The notes beneath the pieces were generated by a model that was not told where the DNA came from, made no database searches, and saw only the letters and a list, made by a program, of their open reading frames with translations. 64,000 bases of DNA, taken from assembly GCA_965219085.1 (NCBI GenBank), contig OZ244720.1:3200001-3264000 (forward strand), in the 5' to 3' direction. The position numbers were made by a program, and so were the translations under genes. Source of the DNA: Dehalococcoidia bacterium (GTDB lineage: Bacteria > Chloroflexota > Dehalococcoidia > UBA2979). This document shows, piece after piece, positions 19,136 through 28,966 of the stretch (position 1 is its first letter; each line of letters begins with the position of its first letter).

Positions 19136-20551
19136 CTAGCGCGTCGCGACAGGGACGCGGGCGGCCGCGTCGGCAGCGGGCGGCTTGGGTCGCGGGCGCG
19201 CGTCGGGGTGTATCGGCTTCTTGGTGAACATGAAGATGAACGCGCCGAAGGAGGCGATCAGCGCCAGGCTCGCAAAGCCCAGCGTGTAACTCCCGAGGTA
19301 GTCGTAGCTGAACCCCGCCGCGAGCGGCCCGATGATGATGCCGATGGTGACTACCATCGAGGAGAAGCCGGTGATCGTCCCGTAGTACTTCCCGCCGAAG
19401 TAGTCGGCCCTGAGCGCCGTCGTCAGTGGGATGCGCGCGCCGAAGCCGATGCCGTTGAGGACCGCGAAGGCCACCACCATCCATACGCTCCCCGCGAACG
19501 CCAGCAGCGCGAGTGCTCCCGAGTTGAACAGCATCGCCACCACGATCAGGAGACGCTTGTCGTAGCGGTCGCCGAGGTACCCGCCGGCCATCTGCCCGAC
19601 CACCTGGGTGACCGTCATGATCGTCAACATCGAAGCCGCGATGGTCACCGAGAAGCCGAGGCTCTCGTGGACGTGTGCGATGAAGTGCACGTTGACCGCG
19701 CCGATGACGACGAGCGATAGCCCGTGACCGATGCCGATCAGCCAGAAGGCTTGCGTCCTGAGCGCTTGCCGGGCGTTGAAGCTGTACTCGCGCTCGGGCG
19801 CTGCCGGGGGCGCGCTCCCGGCCTCGAAGACGTTCATGCCCGAGTGCGAATTCGCGGCCTTGGGCGTCGTCTCACCGTCGGGCTTCCAGCCATAGTCCTC
19901 GGGATGGTGCCGGAGCAGTGAGGCGAGCGGCAGGCCCACAACCATGATGATGACGCCGGAGGCGAAAGCGAATGCGCGCCAGCCGAACGTCTCCATCGCC
20001 GCCGCGACCAAGGGCGCAGCGAGACCGCCCGCGGCGAGGCCGAGCATCATCCATGCGAGCGCCGTCGCTCGCCTCTTGATGAACCAGTTCACGACGGCAA
20101 CCGAGGCGGGCATGAACGAGCCGAGCGCCGCGCCGACTGCCAGCACGAGGAATGCCAGGTAGAACATCGGCAGACCGTTGGTCTGGCTGAGCAATATGAA
20201 CCCGATGCCGAAGAGGATGATCCCGACGAACATCATCTTGCGCGGGCCGAAGTGGTCGACGAGCCAGCCGTCGATCGGTCCCAGCAGACCGCTCTCGACG
20301 CGCTGAAGTGCAAAGGCCACGGCGAGGGTCGTACGGCTCCAGCCGAATTCGTCTTGCAGGAACACGACGTAGACGCCGAAGGCGTGGAACATGAGCGCGC
20401 CGCTCAGGGCCATGGAGCCGAAGCCGGCAGTCACGATCCACCAGCCGTAGAAGAATGGCGACTTGTGGCTGACGCCGCCTCCGCCGGCCCCGTTGAGGCT
20501 GACCGGGCCGGCGCCGTTGCGCCCCATCAATGAGCCAGGGCCGCCGTTCAC
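19136..20551 (-). CDS. MFS transporter (MFS-2)
   Basis: FFYGWWIV, DHFGPRK, WFIKRRATA, ADYFG motifs; about 12 TM segments. Confidence 0.92.
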   Translation of the reverse strand: MNGGPGSLMGRNGAGPVSLNGAGGGGVSHKSPFFYGWWIVTAGFGSMALSGALMFHAFGVYVVFLQDEFGWSRTTLAVAFALQRVESGLLGPIDGWLVDHFGPRKMMFVGIILFGIGFILLSQTNGLPMFYLAFLVLAVGAALGSFMPASVAVVNWFIKRRATALAWMMLGLAAGGLAAPLVAAAMETFGWRAFAFASGVIIMVVGLPLASLLRHHPEDYGWKPDGETTPKAANSHSGMNVFEAGSAPPAAPEREYSFNARQALRTQAFWLIGIGHGLSLVVIGAVNVHFIAHVHESLGFSVTIAASMLTIMTVTQVVGQMAGGYLGDRYDKRLLIVVAMLFNSGALALLAFAGSVWMVVAFAVLNGIGFGARIPLTTALRADYFGGKYYGTITGFSSMVVTIGIIIGPLAAGFSYDYLGSYTLGFASLALIASFGAFIFMFTKKPIHPDARPRPKPPAADAAARVPVATR

Positions 20552-20727
20552 ACGCGTGCTCCCACCGTCGCCCGGTTCACCTCACGCTCGCAGTGCGGCG
20601 CACGCGTGCGCCCGCCACCTTGCCGCTGACGTGAGTGTGAGGCGCAGTGTACCCCGATGCCGGGGTAAGCGGCGGCCTGCCCTCGATGCTGCCGAGGACA
20701 GGCGCATGGCGCCGCACCCGCAGGCAG

Positions 20728-20934
20728 CTAGTTCGGGACGAACTCGTCCGGGTTCGAGACGAACTGCATCCGGCACGCCAGGCTGTCGAAGTAGTACCAG
20801 ACGCCCTCATGGAAGCGCTTCGTGCCCTTCGAGGGGTCGGATTCCGGCGCACCGGACGTGGTCTGGTCGACGTGCGTATTGATGGCGTCCGAGTCGACAT
20901 CTCGACCGCAGACGGGATCCTTCACGATGGGCAC
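20728..20934 (-). CDS. Small YHS-domain protein
   Basis: KDPVCG...YYFDSLACRMQFVSNP; AAGGAGG RBS before GTG. Confidence 0.8.
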   Translation of the reverse strand: MPIVKDPVCGRDVDSDAINTHVDQTTSGAPESDPSKGTKRFHEGVWYYFDSLACRMQFVSNPDEFVPN

Positions 20935-20968
20935 TGGCTCCTCCTTCGTTGCGTGATATGCCCGGCGG

Positions 20969-22045
20969 CTACGCGAGGACGGCGTCGGCGATGGCCGTGA
21001 CGGCCTCGCGCATGCCGCCCCAGCGCAGCGCGGCTTCCTTGCCGCGCCGGGTGTGGAACTGCAGGTCGTACTCCTTCATGAAGCCGATGCCACCGTGCAG
21101 CACGTGCGACCACATGGTCACGTCGGTGGCGGCGCGCGCCGTGATGCCGCGCACCAGCGACACCTGCGCCGGGTCGGCCACGCCCTCGCCGATCTGCCAG
21201 ATCAGCTCGTGCGTGAGGAAGCGCGAGGCCTCCACCTGGATCGCCATGTCCGCCACGCGCTGCTGCACCGGCTCGAACGCGCCGATCGGCCGTCCGAACT
21301 GCACGCGCATCTGCGTGTAGTCCACCGCCATATCGAGCGACTTCTGCGCGTGCGCGTAGCACTCGAACGAGGCGATCGCCGACCCCAGCCGGTGGAGGTA
21401 GTCGACCGCGTCCTGGCCGGCGATGAACGCGCTGGCCTCGGCGTCGGCATACGCGACAACGCTTTGCGGCGTGTCGCCGATGCTCTTCAGCCCACGCTCG
21501 ATCTGCACGCCCGGCTGGGAGGCCTCGACGACCGCGATGCCGGGCTCCCCGCCCTGCACGGCCGTCACAAGGTGCACCTCGGCGGCGGCGGCGTACTCGA
21601 CGAGGAACTTCGTGCCGTTGACGCGGCCGCCCTCGCACGACGTCTGCGGCGCGTCCGTCGAGTTGCCGCCGCGCTCAATCGCGGCGGCGGTGACGATCGC
21701 TCCGCTCGCGATGCGAGGGAGCAGGCTCTGCTTGAGCTCCTCGTCGCCATGCGCCTGCACGGTCGAGGCGGCGAGCACGCCGTTCTGGTACGGCGAGATC
21801 ATCGCCGCGCGGCAGAGCTGCTCGATCAGGATCGCGCAGTCGATGAGGGTGCCGCCCTGGCCGCCGTATTCCTCGGAGACCGGCAGACCTGTCCAGCCGA
21901 GGCCGGCCATCGCCCCCCACAACTCCGCGTCATGCTCCCCCGCGGCCTCAATCTCGCGGATGCGCGTCAGCGGCGCCTCACGCGCGAGGAACTCCTCGGC
22001 GTTGCTCTGGAGCAGCTCTTGAAACTCGGTCAGTCGCAGGTCCAT
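20969..22045 (-). CDS. Acyl-CoA dehydrogenase (short partner-type subunit)
   Basis: RVQFGRPIGAFEPVQ, LHGGIGFMKEYDL. Confidence 0.9.
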   Translation of the reverse strand: MDLRLTEFQELLQSNAEEFLAREAPLTRIREIEAAGEHDAELWGAMAGLGWTGLPVSEEYGGQGGTLIDCAILIEQLCRAAMISPYQNGVLAASTVQAHGDEELKQSLLPRIASGAIVTAAAIERGGNSTDAPQTSCEGGRVNGTKFLVEYAAAAEVHLVTAVQGGEPGIAVVEASQPGVQIERGLKSIGDTPQSVVAYADAEASAFIAGQDAVDYLHRLGSAIASFECYAHAQKSLDMAVDYTQMRVQFGRPIGAFEPVQQRVADMAIQVEASRFLTHELIWQIGEGVADPAQVSLVRGITARAATDVTMWSHVLHGGIGFMKEYDLQFHTRRGKEAALRWGGMREAVTAIADAVLA

Positions 22046-22096
22046 CGTTCGCTCCCGCCTACCCGTTCTGCGGTGACTCGGCGCGGTTGAAGGGCG

Positions 22097-22399
22097 TCAT
22101 CGCCGCTCGCTGGCCTCACGCACCAGCAGCACCGCCGCGACCACGCCGAGCAGGCCCACGCCTACGAAGAGGCCGTCGGCAACCGAGACCAGCACGGTGC
22201 CCATTACCTCGTCGAACGGACGCTGATAGTCGAGCGCGACCCAGTAGCCGATCCACGCGCAGACGAAGCCGACCACGAGCACGATGCCGATCGTCCACAG
22301 CAGATAGCTGGGCTTGCCCAGTATCATCGAGAGAGCGGGGGATCCTGCTGACTCGCCGTCCCCCGCGGAGTCGTTGTCGCCGTTCATTTCTTCAGCCAT
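22097..22399 (-). CDS. Small two-TM membrane protein
   Basis: Two hydrophobic helices; GGAGAG RBS; lies between the two ACAD genes. Confidence 0.6.
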   Translation of the reverse strand: MAEEMNGDNDSAGDGESAGSPALSMILGKPSYLLWTIGIVLVVGFVCAWIGYWVALDYQRPFDEVMGTVLVSVADGLFVGVGLLGVVAAVLLVREASERR

Positions 22400-22409
22400 G
22401 TTCGCTCTC

Positions 22410-23582
22410 CTACCCGCGCGGCAGCCCGAGGCCGCGCGTGGCGATGATGCGGCGCTGGATGTCGTTGGTACCGCCGCCGAAGCGGGTGACCGGCGTGCCG
22501 CGGAACTCGGCCTCGAACCGGCCCTCGGCGACCGCGTCATCCTCGCTCTCGCCCTGGATGCCGCCGAAGCCGCCGAACAGGTCCATGCCGAGGCTGGTCA
22601 TGCGGTGTGCGGCCTCGGAGACCCACACCTTGCCGGCCGACGCCTGCATGGTCGGCACGCCGCCGTTGGCGATGATCGCCGCGTTCGTGACCGCCAGCGC
22701 GCGCGTGATCTCCACGTCCATGCGCGTCTCCGCCACCTGCGTGCGCACGTACGGATCCTCGAGCAGGTCGTCGCGCTCCGTCTTCAGGTAGTCGATGAGC
22801 CGGTCCCAGCGGCGCCGGGAGGGCGCGACCGGGCCGATCACGACGCGTTCGAGGTCGAGCGCGTTGGCTGCCATGTACCAGCCGCGGTTCTCCTCACCGA
22901 CGAGCGAGTCGGCGGGGATGCGCACATCCTCCCAGAACGTCTCGTTGGTGCGGCCGTCGCCCATCGTCCAGAGCGGGCGGACCATGATGCCCGGCGTCGT
23001 CATTGGCACGACGAACATCGAGATGCCGCGGTGCTTCGGCGCGTCCGGGTCGGTGCGGGCCGCCAGCCACACGTGCGTCGAGACGTGGGCGCTGGAGGTG
23101 TAGATCTTCTGCCCGTTGATGACGAAGTCGTCGCCGTCGCGGACGGCTCGCGTCTGTAGCGAGGCGAGGTCGGTGCCGGCGTTTGGCTCCGTGTAGCCCA
23201 GGGCGAAGGTCATCTCGCCGCTCTGGATCTTGGGGAGCCAATCCTGCTTCTGCTGTTCCGTCCCGAACGACATGATGGTGGCGCCGACGGACATGATGGA
23301 CATCGTGTCGAAGGGCAGGCCCCAGTAGCCGAGCTCCTCGACCAGGAGGTACGTGTAGAAGGCGCCCTTGCCCTGCCCGCCGTACTCCTCGGGCCAGGCC
23401 ATGGTCGTGTAGCCGGCTTCGTTCAGCGCCTTGCGGAACTTCTGCGCCTCGGGGCCGCGGCCGCCGCTCTCGGCGCCCGGCGCCTCGATCTCGGCTACCA
23501 GCTCCGGGGTGCGATGTTCAGCGACAAAAGCGCGCACCTCGCCCCGGAAGTCGTTGTGTTCCTGCTCCCAGCCGAACTCCAT
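22410..23582 (-). CDS. Acyl-CoA dehydrogenase
   Basis: YTEPNAGTDLASL, INGQKIYTS, FGGGTNDIQRRIIA. Confidence 0.93.
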   Translation of the reverse strand: MEFGWEQEHNDFRGEVRAFVAEHRTPELVAEIEAPGAESGGRGPEAQKFRKALNEAGYTTMAWPEEYGGQGKGAFYTYLLVEELGYWGLPFDTMSIMSVGATIMSFGTEQQKQDWLPKIQSGEMTFALGYTEPNAGTDLASLQTRAVRDGDDFVINGQKIYTSSAHVSTHVWLAARTDPDAPKHRGISMFVVPMTTPGIMVRPLWTMGDGRTNETFWEDVRIPADSLVGEENRGWYMAANALDLERVVIGPVAPSRRRWDRLIDYLKTERDDLLEDPYVRTQVAETRMDVEITRALAVTNAAIIANGGVPTMQASAGKVWVSEAAHRMTSLGMDLFGGFGGIQGESEDDAVAEGRFEAEFRGTPVTRFGGGTNDIQRRIIATRGLGLPRG

Positions 23583-23710
23583 GCCCGGCCTCCTCCCTGC
23601 ACCAGCTCCTACGCTGGGCGCGGATCGAGCCGCAAGAGCGCGCACGTCCGCGCCAGCGCCGGTATGCTAGCACGCGACCGGGCGCATCCACGGCACGAGG
23701 AGGACACAGC

Positions 23711-25015
23711 ATGTTCATCGGCCACTTCACCGAGCGGCCCTACCAGGATCCCAAGGCCGGCGTCTTCGGCACCACCTCGGCGCCGGCGGACCTCGAACTC
23801 AGCAACGAGCTCTACGACCCCAAGGTCGGGGCCGACCTCTACCACCGCTACCTGGACGAGAAGCTCTACATCGAGGAGATGGGCTTCGACGGCATCATGC
23901 TCAACGAGCACCACTCGACGCCGTTCTGCATGGGCGGCGTGATGAACGTCGAGGCGGCGATCCTCGCGCGCATCACGCAGCGCGCGAAGATCGTGCTGCT
24001 CGGCAACGTGCTGCCGATCTGGGATGACCCCCTGTTCCTGGCCGAGGAGCTGGCGGAGATCGACATGATCTCGCGCGGCCGCCTCGTGACCGGGTGGGTG
24101 CGCGGCACCGGCCGCGAGAGCGTCTCCCACAACTCGCAACCGCCCTACAACTGGGAGCGCTTCCAGGAGGCCCACGACTTCGTCCTGAAGGCGTGGACGA
24201 CGCCCGGCCCCTATCGCTGGGAGGGCAAGCACTACAACTTCCGTTACGTCAACCCGTGGGCCCGCCCCTACCAGGACCCGCACCCCCAGATCTGGATCCC
24301 CGGCGTGATGAGCCGCAACACGGTGAAGTGGACCGCCGAGCACCGCTACCCGTACGTGATGCTCGCCACCGACCTCGAACCGACGCGCGGTTCGTTCGAG
24401 TACTACGCCGAGGTCGCCAAGGAGAACGGCTACGAGGCGCAGTCGCAGCACCGCGGCTACCTGTTCAAGGTGCACGTCGACGACACCGAGGAGCTGGCGT
24501 ACGAGACCGCGCGCAAGTACGTCTCCGGTCCGCCGAACCCGTTCCTCGAGGGCAACCAGGGCGAGATCCGGCCGTTCATCCAGAACCTGCCGGGCATGAC
24601 CTCGCGCACGAACGTGCTGCCGACGGCCGGCAACCTCGCCGCGCTGCGCGCGCGCGGCCGCGCCACCGCGCAGCCCACGCTCGACAAGCCCCCGTCGCCC
24701 GCGGGCGACGACGGCGAACCGGCCGAGGACGCGTTCGGCAGCTATGACGACCAGCTGAAGCGGCTCACAATCATCACCGGCACGCCGGACACGGTGATCG
24801 AGAAGGTCAAGCACGTCCTCGACTACCTGCGCCCGGGCAGCATCTTCTTCTGGGACGGCGACGGGTCGATGACCCACGACGACACGATGCGCAGCCTCAA
24901 GCTCATGGGCGAAGAGGTCCTGCCGGCGATCCGCGAGTACAGCGACGAGCTCGGCCTCAAGAGCCCGTTCGAGGTCTCCACGTACACGAACGAGCCGATC
25001 CCGCAGGAGGCGTAG
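23711..25015 (+). CDS. LLM-class flavin-dependent monooxygenase
   Basis: GFDGIMLNEHH, LAEELAEIDMISRGRL, RPYQDPHPQIW. Confidence 0.92.
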   Translation: MFIGHFTERPYQDPKAGVFGTTSAPADLELSNELYDPKVGADLYHRYLDEKLYIEEMGFDGIMLNEHHSTPFCMGGVMNVEAAILARITQRAKIVLLGNVLPIWDDPLFLAEELAEIDMISRGRLVTGWVRGTGRESVSHNSQPPYNWERFQEAHDFVLKAWTTPGPYRWEGKHYNFRYVNPWARPYQDPHPQIWIPGVMSRNTVKWTAEHRYPYVMLATDLEPTRGSFEYYAEVAKENGYEAQSQHRGYLFKVHVDDTEELAYETARKYVSGPPNPFLEGNQGEIRPFIQNLPGMTSRTNVLPTAGNLAALRARGRATAQPTLDKPPSPAGDDGEPAEDAFGSYDDQLKRLTIITGTPDTVIEKVKHVLDYLRPGSIFFWDGDGSMTHDDTMRSLKLMGEEVLPAIREYSDELGLKSPFEVSTYTNEPIPQEA

Positions 25016-25050
25016 CGCACCGCGTTCTGCCTCGACCCTCGGACGAAGCG

Positions 25051-25077
25051 CTCGGCGCCACCATCGGTGGCGCCGAG
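25051..25077. terminator. Hairpin between convergent genes
   Basis: CTCGGCGCCACC-ATC-GGTGGCGCCGAG, perfect 12-bp stem. Confidence 0.6.
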
Positions 25078-25095
25078 TTGTGTGCGGCGGGCGGC

Positions 25096-26283
25096 CTATC
25101 GCTCGCCGGCCTCGAGGCCCGCGATGAGATCGAGTAGTCCGGCGGCCTCCCATGCGCGGTTGCGCTTCGACGTGCCGAGCGGGATGAGCACGCCCGCCCC
25201 CTCGAGTTCGGCGATCCCGTTGTTGACGGCGGGTCGTGTCCGCCCGGTGGCGGCGACCCCGACGGCAACGCTGACGACCGGGTGCGCGGGCAGCGCGTCG
25301 ATGATCGCCCATGCGGCCGCGTCCGCACGTGGGTCCGAGTGCGCGCGGAGCTGCTCTCGCCATGCCTCCTGGGCGTCGGCGACGCGGCCTCGGTAATCGT
25401 CGGCGAGGCGGGCCGCTTCGGTTGTGGCGGTGGCGAAGATCGACACCCAATCGGCGACGCGATCTTCTCGAAACAGCGTGAGGCCCTCGATGTAGCGGTC
25501 ACGTCGGCGCGCTAACACGACGCTGATGGGCGGAACGAACGCCGGCGCGAGTCCGCGCCGGCGCAGCACCACCTGGACGAGCGCGCGTCCGGTCCTGCCG
25601 TTGCCGTCGCCGAAGGGGTGGATCGTCTCGAACTGAGCGTGCGCGATCGCCGCCTGCAGCAGCGGGGGCAACGCGTCGTCGTTGCAGAAGCTGCAGAGGT
25701 CTTCGGTGAGTGGCGTGACCTCCTCGGGCGGCGGAGGCACGAAGTCGGCGCCGCAGGGGTTGTAATCGTTGCCACCGATCCAGTTCTGCTCGTCCCGAAG
25801 CTCGCCCGGCTGCTGCCGGCCGGCATCGCCGGCGAGGAGGATGCGGTGGATGTCCCGCAGCGCGCCGGGCGTCACACGCTCCGCAGTCGCGGCCTGCTCG
25901 ACGGCCCACCCCATCGCGTCGATGTTGGCGATGATCTCGGCGGCTTGCGGGCCAATGTTGCGGCCCGTGTCCCGGTTAGCCTCGGCGCGAGCGAGGGCGC
26001 GCGCGTCGGATTGCATGCCCTCGACCTTCGAGGACGCAATCGACTCGGTGCGGAGCAGCAGGCTGCCGAGCGGGGCAAGTTCGGGTCCCGCCCTGCCGTT
26101 GAGGTCGGCAATCGCGTTCTCGGCGTCGGAGAGCAGCCCGGCGATGTCGCCGGGGAGATCGATAGCAAGTTCCGCGATGCGCCCGGGGACGAACGCGTCA
26201 TAGCTGCACGCCCGGCGATAGCGGGCGGGAGCGTAGAGGGCCGGGGCGTGCCGCCAGGTGCGGCGAATGTGGGCGCCTCGCAT
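25096..26283 (-). CDS. Fic family protein
   Basis: Canonical HPFGDGNGRTGR motif; ESIASSKVEG inhibitory-type motif; C-terminal HTH-like region. Confidence 0.92.
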   Translation of the reverse strand: MRGAHIRRTWRHAPALYAPARYRRACSYDAFVPGRIAELAIDLPGDIAGLLSDAENAIADLNGRAGPELAPLGSLLLRTESIASSKVEGMQSDARALARAEANRDTGRNIGPQAAEIIANIDAMGWAVEQAATAERVTPGALRDIHRILLAGDAGRQQPGELRDEQNWIGGNDYNPCGADFVPPPPEEVTPLTEDLCSFCNDDALPPLLQAAIAHAQFETIHPFGDGNGRTGRALVQVVLRRRGLAPAFVPPISVVLARRRDRYIEGLTLFREDRVADWVSIFATATTEAARLADDYRGRVADAQEAWREQLRAHSDPRADAAAWAIIDALPAHPVVSVAVGVAATGRTRPAVNNGIAELEGAGVLIPLGTSKRNRAWEAAGLLDLIAGLEAGER

Positions 26284-26374
26284 GCGAACCTTTCGTACGC
26301 AGCTTCGTTGGGAAAGGTTGCTACCTATCCTTTACTAACGGGGCTGCGACCGCAAGGGTACGGGCTGGTGCCCC

Positions 26375-27145
26375 TTACGCCGAGGGGCGCAGGTGCGAGA
26401 TGTGGTCGGGGACGGGTGGGGCCTCCTCGAGCGCCGTCATCAGCGGCTCGACCAGCGGCACGGCGCCGTCGACGGCGGTGCGCAGCGCGCTCCCCCAGTA
26501 CTCGCGGATGGCGGCCAGGTCTTCCGCCTCAAAACGGCGCTCGCTGACCTGGAACGTGTCGCGCCGATACAGCACACAGTCCACCGGCGGATCGACGTCG
26601 GAGGCGCAGGTGAAGGTCGCGTCGAACGCCAGCAGGCCGTCGCGGAGCGCGTTCAAGAGCGGCTGCTCATGGCTCCACGCGCGATCGAGGATCGGCTTCC
26701 CGTAGCGCGACTCGCCGATGATCACGAAGGGCGTCCCGGAACGCACCTCCACCCAGTTGCCCTCGGGGTACAGCAGGAACAGGTGCGGCTCCGTGTCGTC
26801 CTCCAGCTGCCCGCCGACCACGCAGTGCAGGTCGAACGCCAGTCCGCTTTCGACGAGCCAGCGCTCATCCTCGTCGCGCACGCGCCGCACCTCGGCCGCG
26901 AGCGCATTCGCGGCGCGGTAGAGCCGCGTGAGGTCCGACTCGTCGGTCTCCAGCCGCTCCTCGAAGTACGTCAGCGCCTTGTCGCGGATCGAGCGCAGTC
27001 CGCTCGTGAGGATGAAGAGGCAGTGCTGCTCGCCCTGGTGCACGAGGATCTTCTTGGCGATCGAGGTCTCCGTGCCGCTGGTGATGCGGGTGTCGGCGAT
27101 CGCCAGCAGGCCTTCCTCGCACTTCATGCCGAGGCAGAGCGTCAC
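26375..27145 (-). CDS. Proteasome-type (Anbu-like) Ntn protease
   Basis: N-terminal (M)TLCLG..ADTRITSG, LYPEGNW, IGESRYGKPILDR. Confidence 0.88.
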   Translation of the reverse strand: MTLCLGMKCEEGLLAIADTRITSGTETSIAKKILVHQGEQHCLFILTSGLRSIRDKALTYFEERLETDESDLTRLYRAANALAAEVRRVRDEDERWLVESGLAFDLHCVVGGQLEDDTEPHLFLLYPEGNWVEVRSGTPFVIIGESRYGKPILDRAWSHEQPLLNALRDGLLAFDATFTCASDVDPPVDCVLYRRDTFQVSERRFEAEDLAAIREYWGSALRTAVDGAVPLVEPLMTALEEAPPVPDHISHLRPSA

Positions 27146-27164
27146 GTGCGAGCCTCTCCGGCGG

Positions 27165-27986
27165 TCACTGCTGTCCCTGGCTCGACGAGGGCGTCGAGCG
27201 CACCCTGACGACGGCGCTCCAGTGTTCGTTGGCAACGCCGCTGAACGCCCCACGCAGCGGCGAGATGTCATCGTAGTCGCGTCCCACGGCGGTGACCACG
27301 TAGCGCCCGTCCTGCGCGGCGTTGTTCGAGGGGTCGAAGCCATGCCAGCCGTCGGGCGCGAGCAGCTGCACCCACGCGTGTCCGGCCTCGCCGACATCCT
27401 CGCCTTCGTGCGGCGCGAGGTAGCCGCTGACGTAGCGCGAGGGGATGCCTTGCATGCGCAAGATCGCGAGCATGAGGTGCGTGAAGTCCTGGCAGACCCC
27501 GCTCCCCAGACGGATCAGGTCCAGTGCAGTCGAGCCGACATCGGTGTGGCCGATCTCGAATTCGAACTCCTCGCTCAGGAACGTGCAGGCCGCCTGGCCT
27601 GCCGCGACCGGGTCGAGGCCGTGCGGGATCGCCTCGGCGAGTTGGACGATGCCGGGATCGAACGGGGATCGCCCGGTCTCGCTGAGCAGCAGGTGGCGCA
27701 TGAGCGGTGAGATGCCGGGCTCCGGCACCGCCGACTCGGCGGTCTCCACCTCGGCTTCCACCGTCACGTGGATCTCGTCGACTTCTTCGACGAAGTCGAC
27801 GTGGTGGTACTCGTTGCCGAACGCGTCGAGCAGGCGTTGCGGGTTTGCGTGCGGTTCGAGTTGCAGCGAGGCGTTCAGGCGGCGCTGGCCAAAGGCGTCG
27901 GCCGGGAGCACACGCAACTCCGTGTGCAGCAACCTCACCGCCTGCGAGTAGCGGTAGAGCGAATCCCAGCGCACCCCGACCAGCAC
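27165..27986 (-). CDS. Transglutaminase-like protein
   Basis: GVCQDFTH (Cys), RYVSGYL, HAWV, GFDPSN, GRDYDD. Confidence 0.92.
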   Translation of the reverse strand: MLVGVRWDSLYRYSQAVRLLHTELRVLPADAFGQRRLNASLQLEPHANPQRLLDAFGNEYHHVDFVEEVDEIHVTVEAEVETAESAVPEPGISPLMRHLLLSETGRSPFDPGIVQLAEAIPHGLDPVAAGQAACTFLSEEFEFEIGHTDVGSTALDLIRLGSGVCQDFTHLMLAILRMQGIPSRYVSGYLAPHEGEDVGEAGHAWVQLLAPDGWHGFDPSNNAAQDGRYVVTAVGRDYDDISPLRGAFSGVANEHWSAVVRVRSTPSSSQGQQ

Positions 27987-27995
27987 GCTATGAGC

Positions 27996-28964
27996 TTACG
28001 CGACGGAAGGCAGAACGTGAAATATGTGTTCGTGCACCAGTCGGTCGACATCGATCAGCCGCGCCTGGAAGTTCTTCATGAACTCGTGCAACCCCTGCCG
28101 CACCAGCGCCGCCTCGTCGACGGATTGGAGGTCGAGGTCAAGCAGCGCGAGCTCGCGCGCGACGTGGATCGTCTGGCCGGCTGGCGTGCGGTGCGAGGCG
28201 GCATCGAAGTGCCGGCGGAAGGCGCGGACGCAGAAATAGAGGCTGCGCGGGAACTGCTCGCTGCGCACCAGCATGGTCGCGACGCGCGGCCCGGTGATGG
28301 CGCCTCGATGCGTGATGCGGAACGCCTGCCAGGCGCTCGCCGATCGCAGTACGGACACCCACTGCGCGCGGTCGATTGCGCCGCCTATATCGTCCGCCGC
28401 GGGAAGCAGCACGAAGTACTTCGTGTCGACGATGCGGCTCGTCATGTCGGCGCGTTCGAGGTAGACGCCGCACCGGAACCAGTCGCGTCCCTCGTCCATG
28501 AGCACGGTGTTGTCGAAGAGCCCGAGGACGGAGGCGACGCCGCTCCGCACGGAGTCGCAGAACGCGTGCATGCCGTCCTGGAAGTCGCGGAAGTCGGTGC
28601 GCGTGGCGTGCACGTCGAGGTAGATGCGGTTGATCTCCTCCCACACCTCGCGCGAGAGCTGTTCGCGCAACTCGCGGGCGAGCGAACGCGCCATGACGAG
28701 CGTTCTGCGCAGCGAGTTGGGACTCGCCGAGGAGAGCAGCAGGAACTCGGCCGGCGACAGCAACGGATCCTCTCGGTGCGCCTCGGCGTACAGCTCGCGC
28801 GAGCCTGTGGCGGCGAGCACGGCGTCCCATGCCTGCTGTTCGCCGTCGACGCCGCCGGTCTCGACTGCCACGGCGTGCGAGACCTCCGCCATGCGCGCGA
28901 TGTTCTCGACGCGTTCGAGGTCGCGCCCCAGCCAGTAGAGGTTCTCGGCGACTCGGCTCAGCAT
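27996..28964 (-). CDS. Alpha-E domain protein
   Basis: MLSRVAENLYWLGRDLERVEN, ERADMTSRI, FPRSL. Confidence 0.92.
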   Translation of the reverse strand: MLSRVAENLYWLGRDLERVENIARMAEVSHAVAVETGGVDGEQQAWDAVLAATGSRELYAEAHREDPLLSPAEFLLLSSASPNSLRRTLVMARSLARELREQLSREVWEEINRIYLDVHATRTDFRDFQDGMHAFCDSVRSGVASVLGLFDNTVLMDEGRDWFRCGVYLERADMTSRIVDTKYFVLLPAADDIGGAIDRAQWVSVLRSASAWQAFRITHRGAITGPRVATMLVRSEQFPRSLYFCVRAFRRHFDAASHRTPAGQTIHVARELALLDLDLQSVDEAALVRQGLHEFMKNFQARLIDVDRLVHEHIFHVLPSVA

Positions 28965-28966
28965 CG

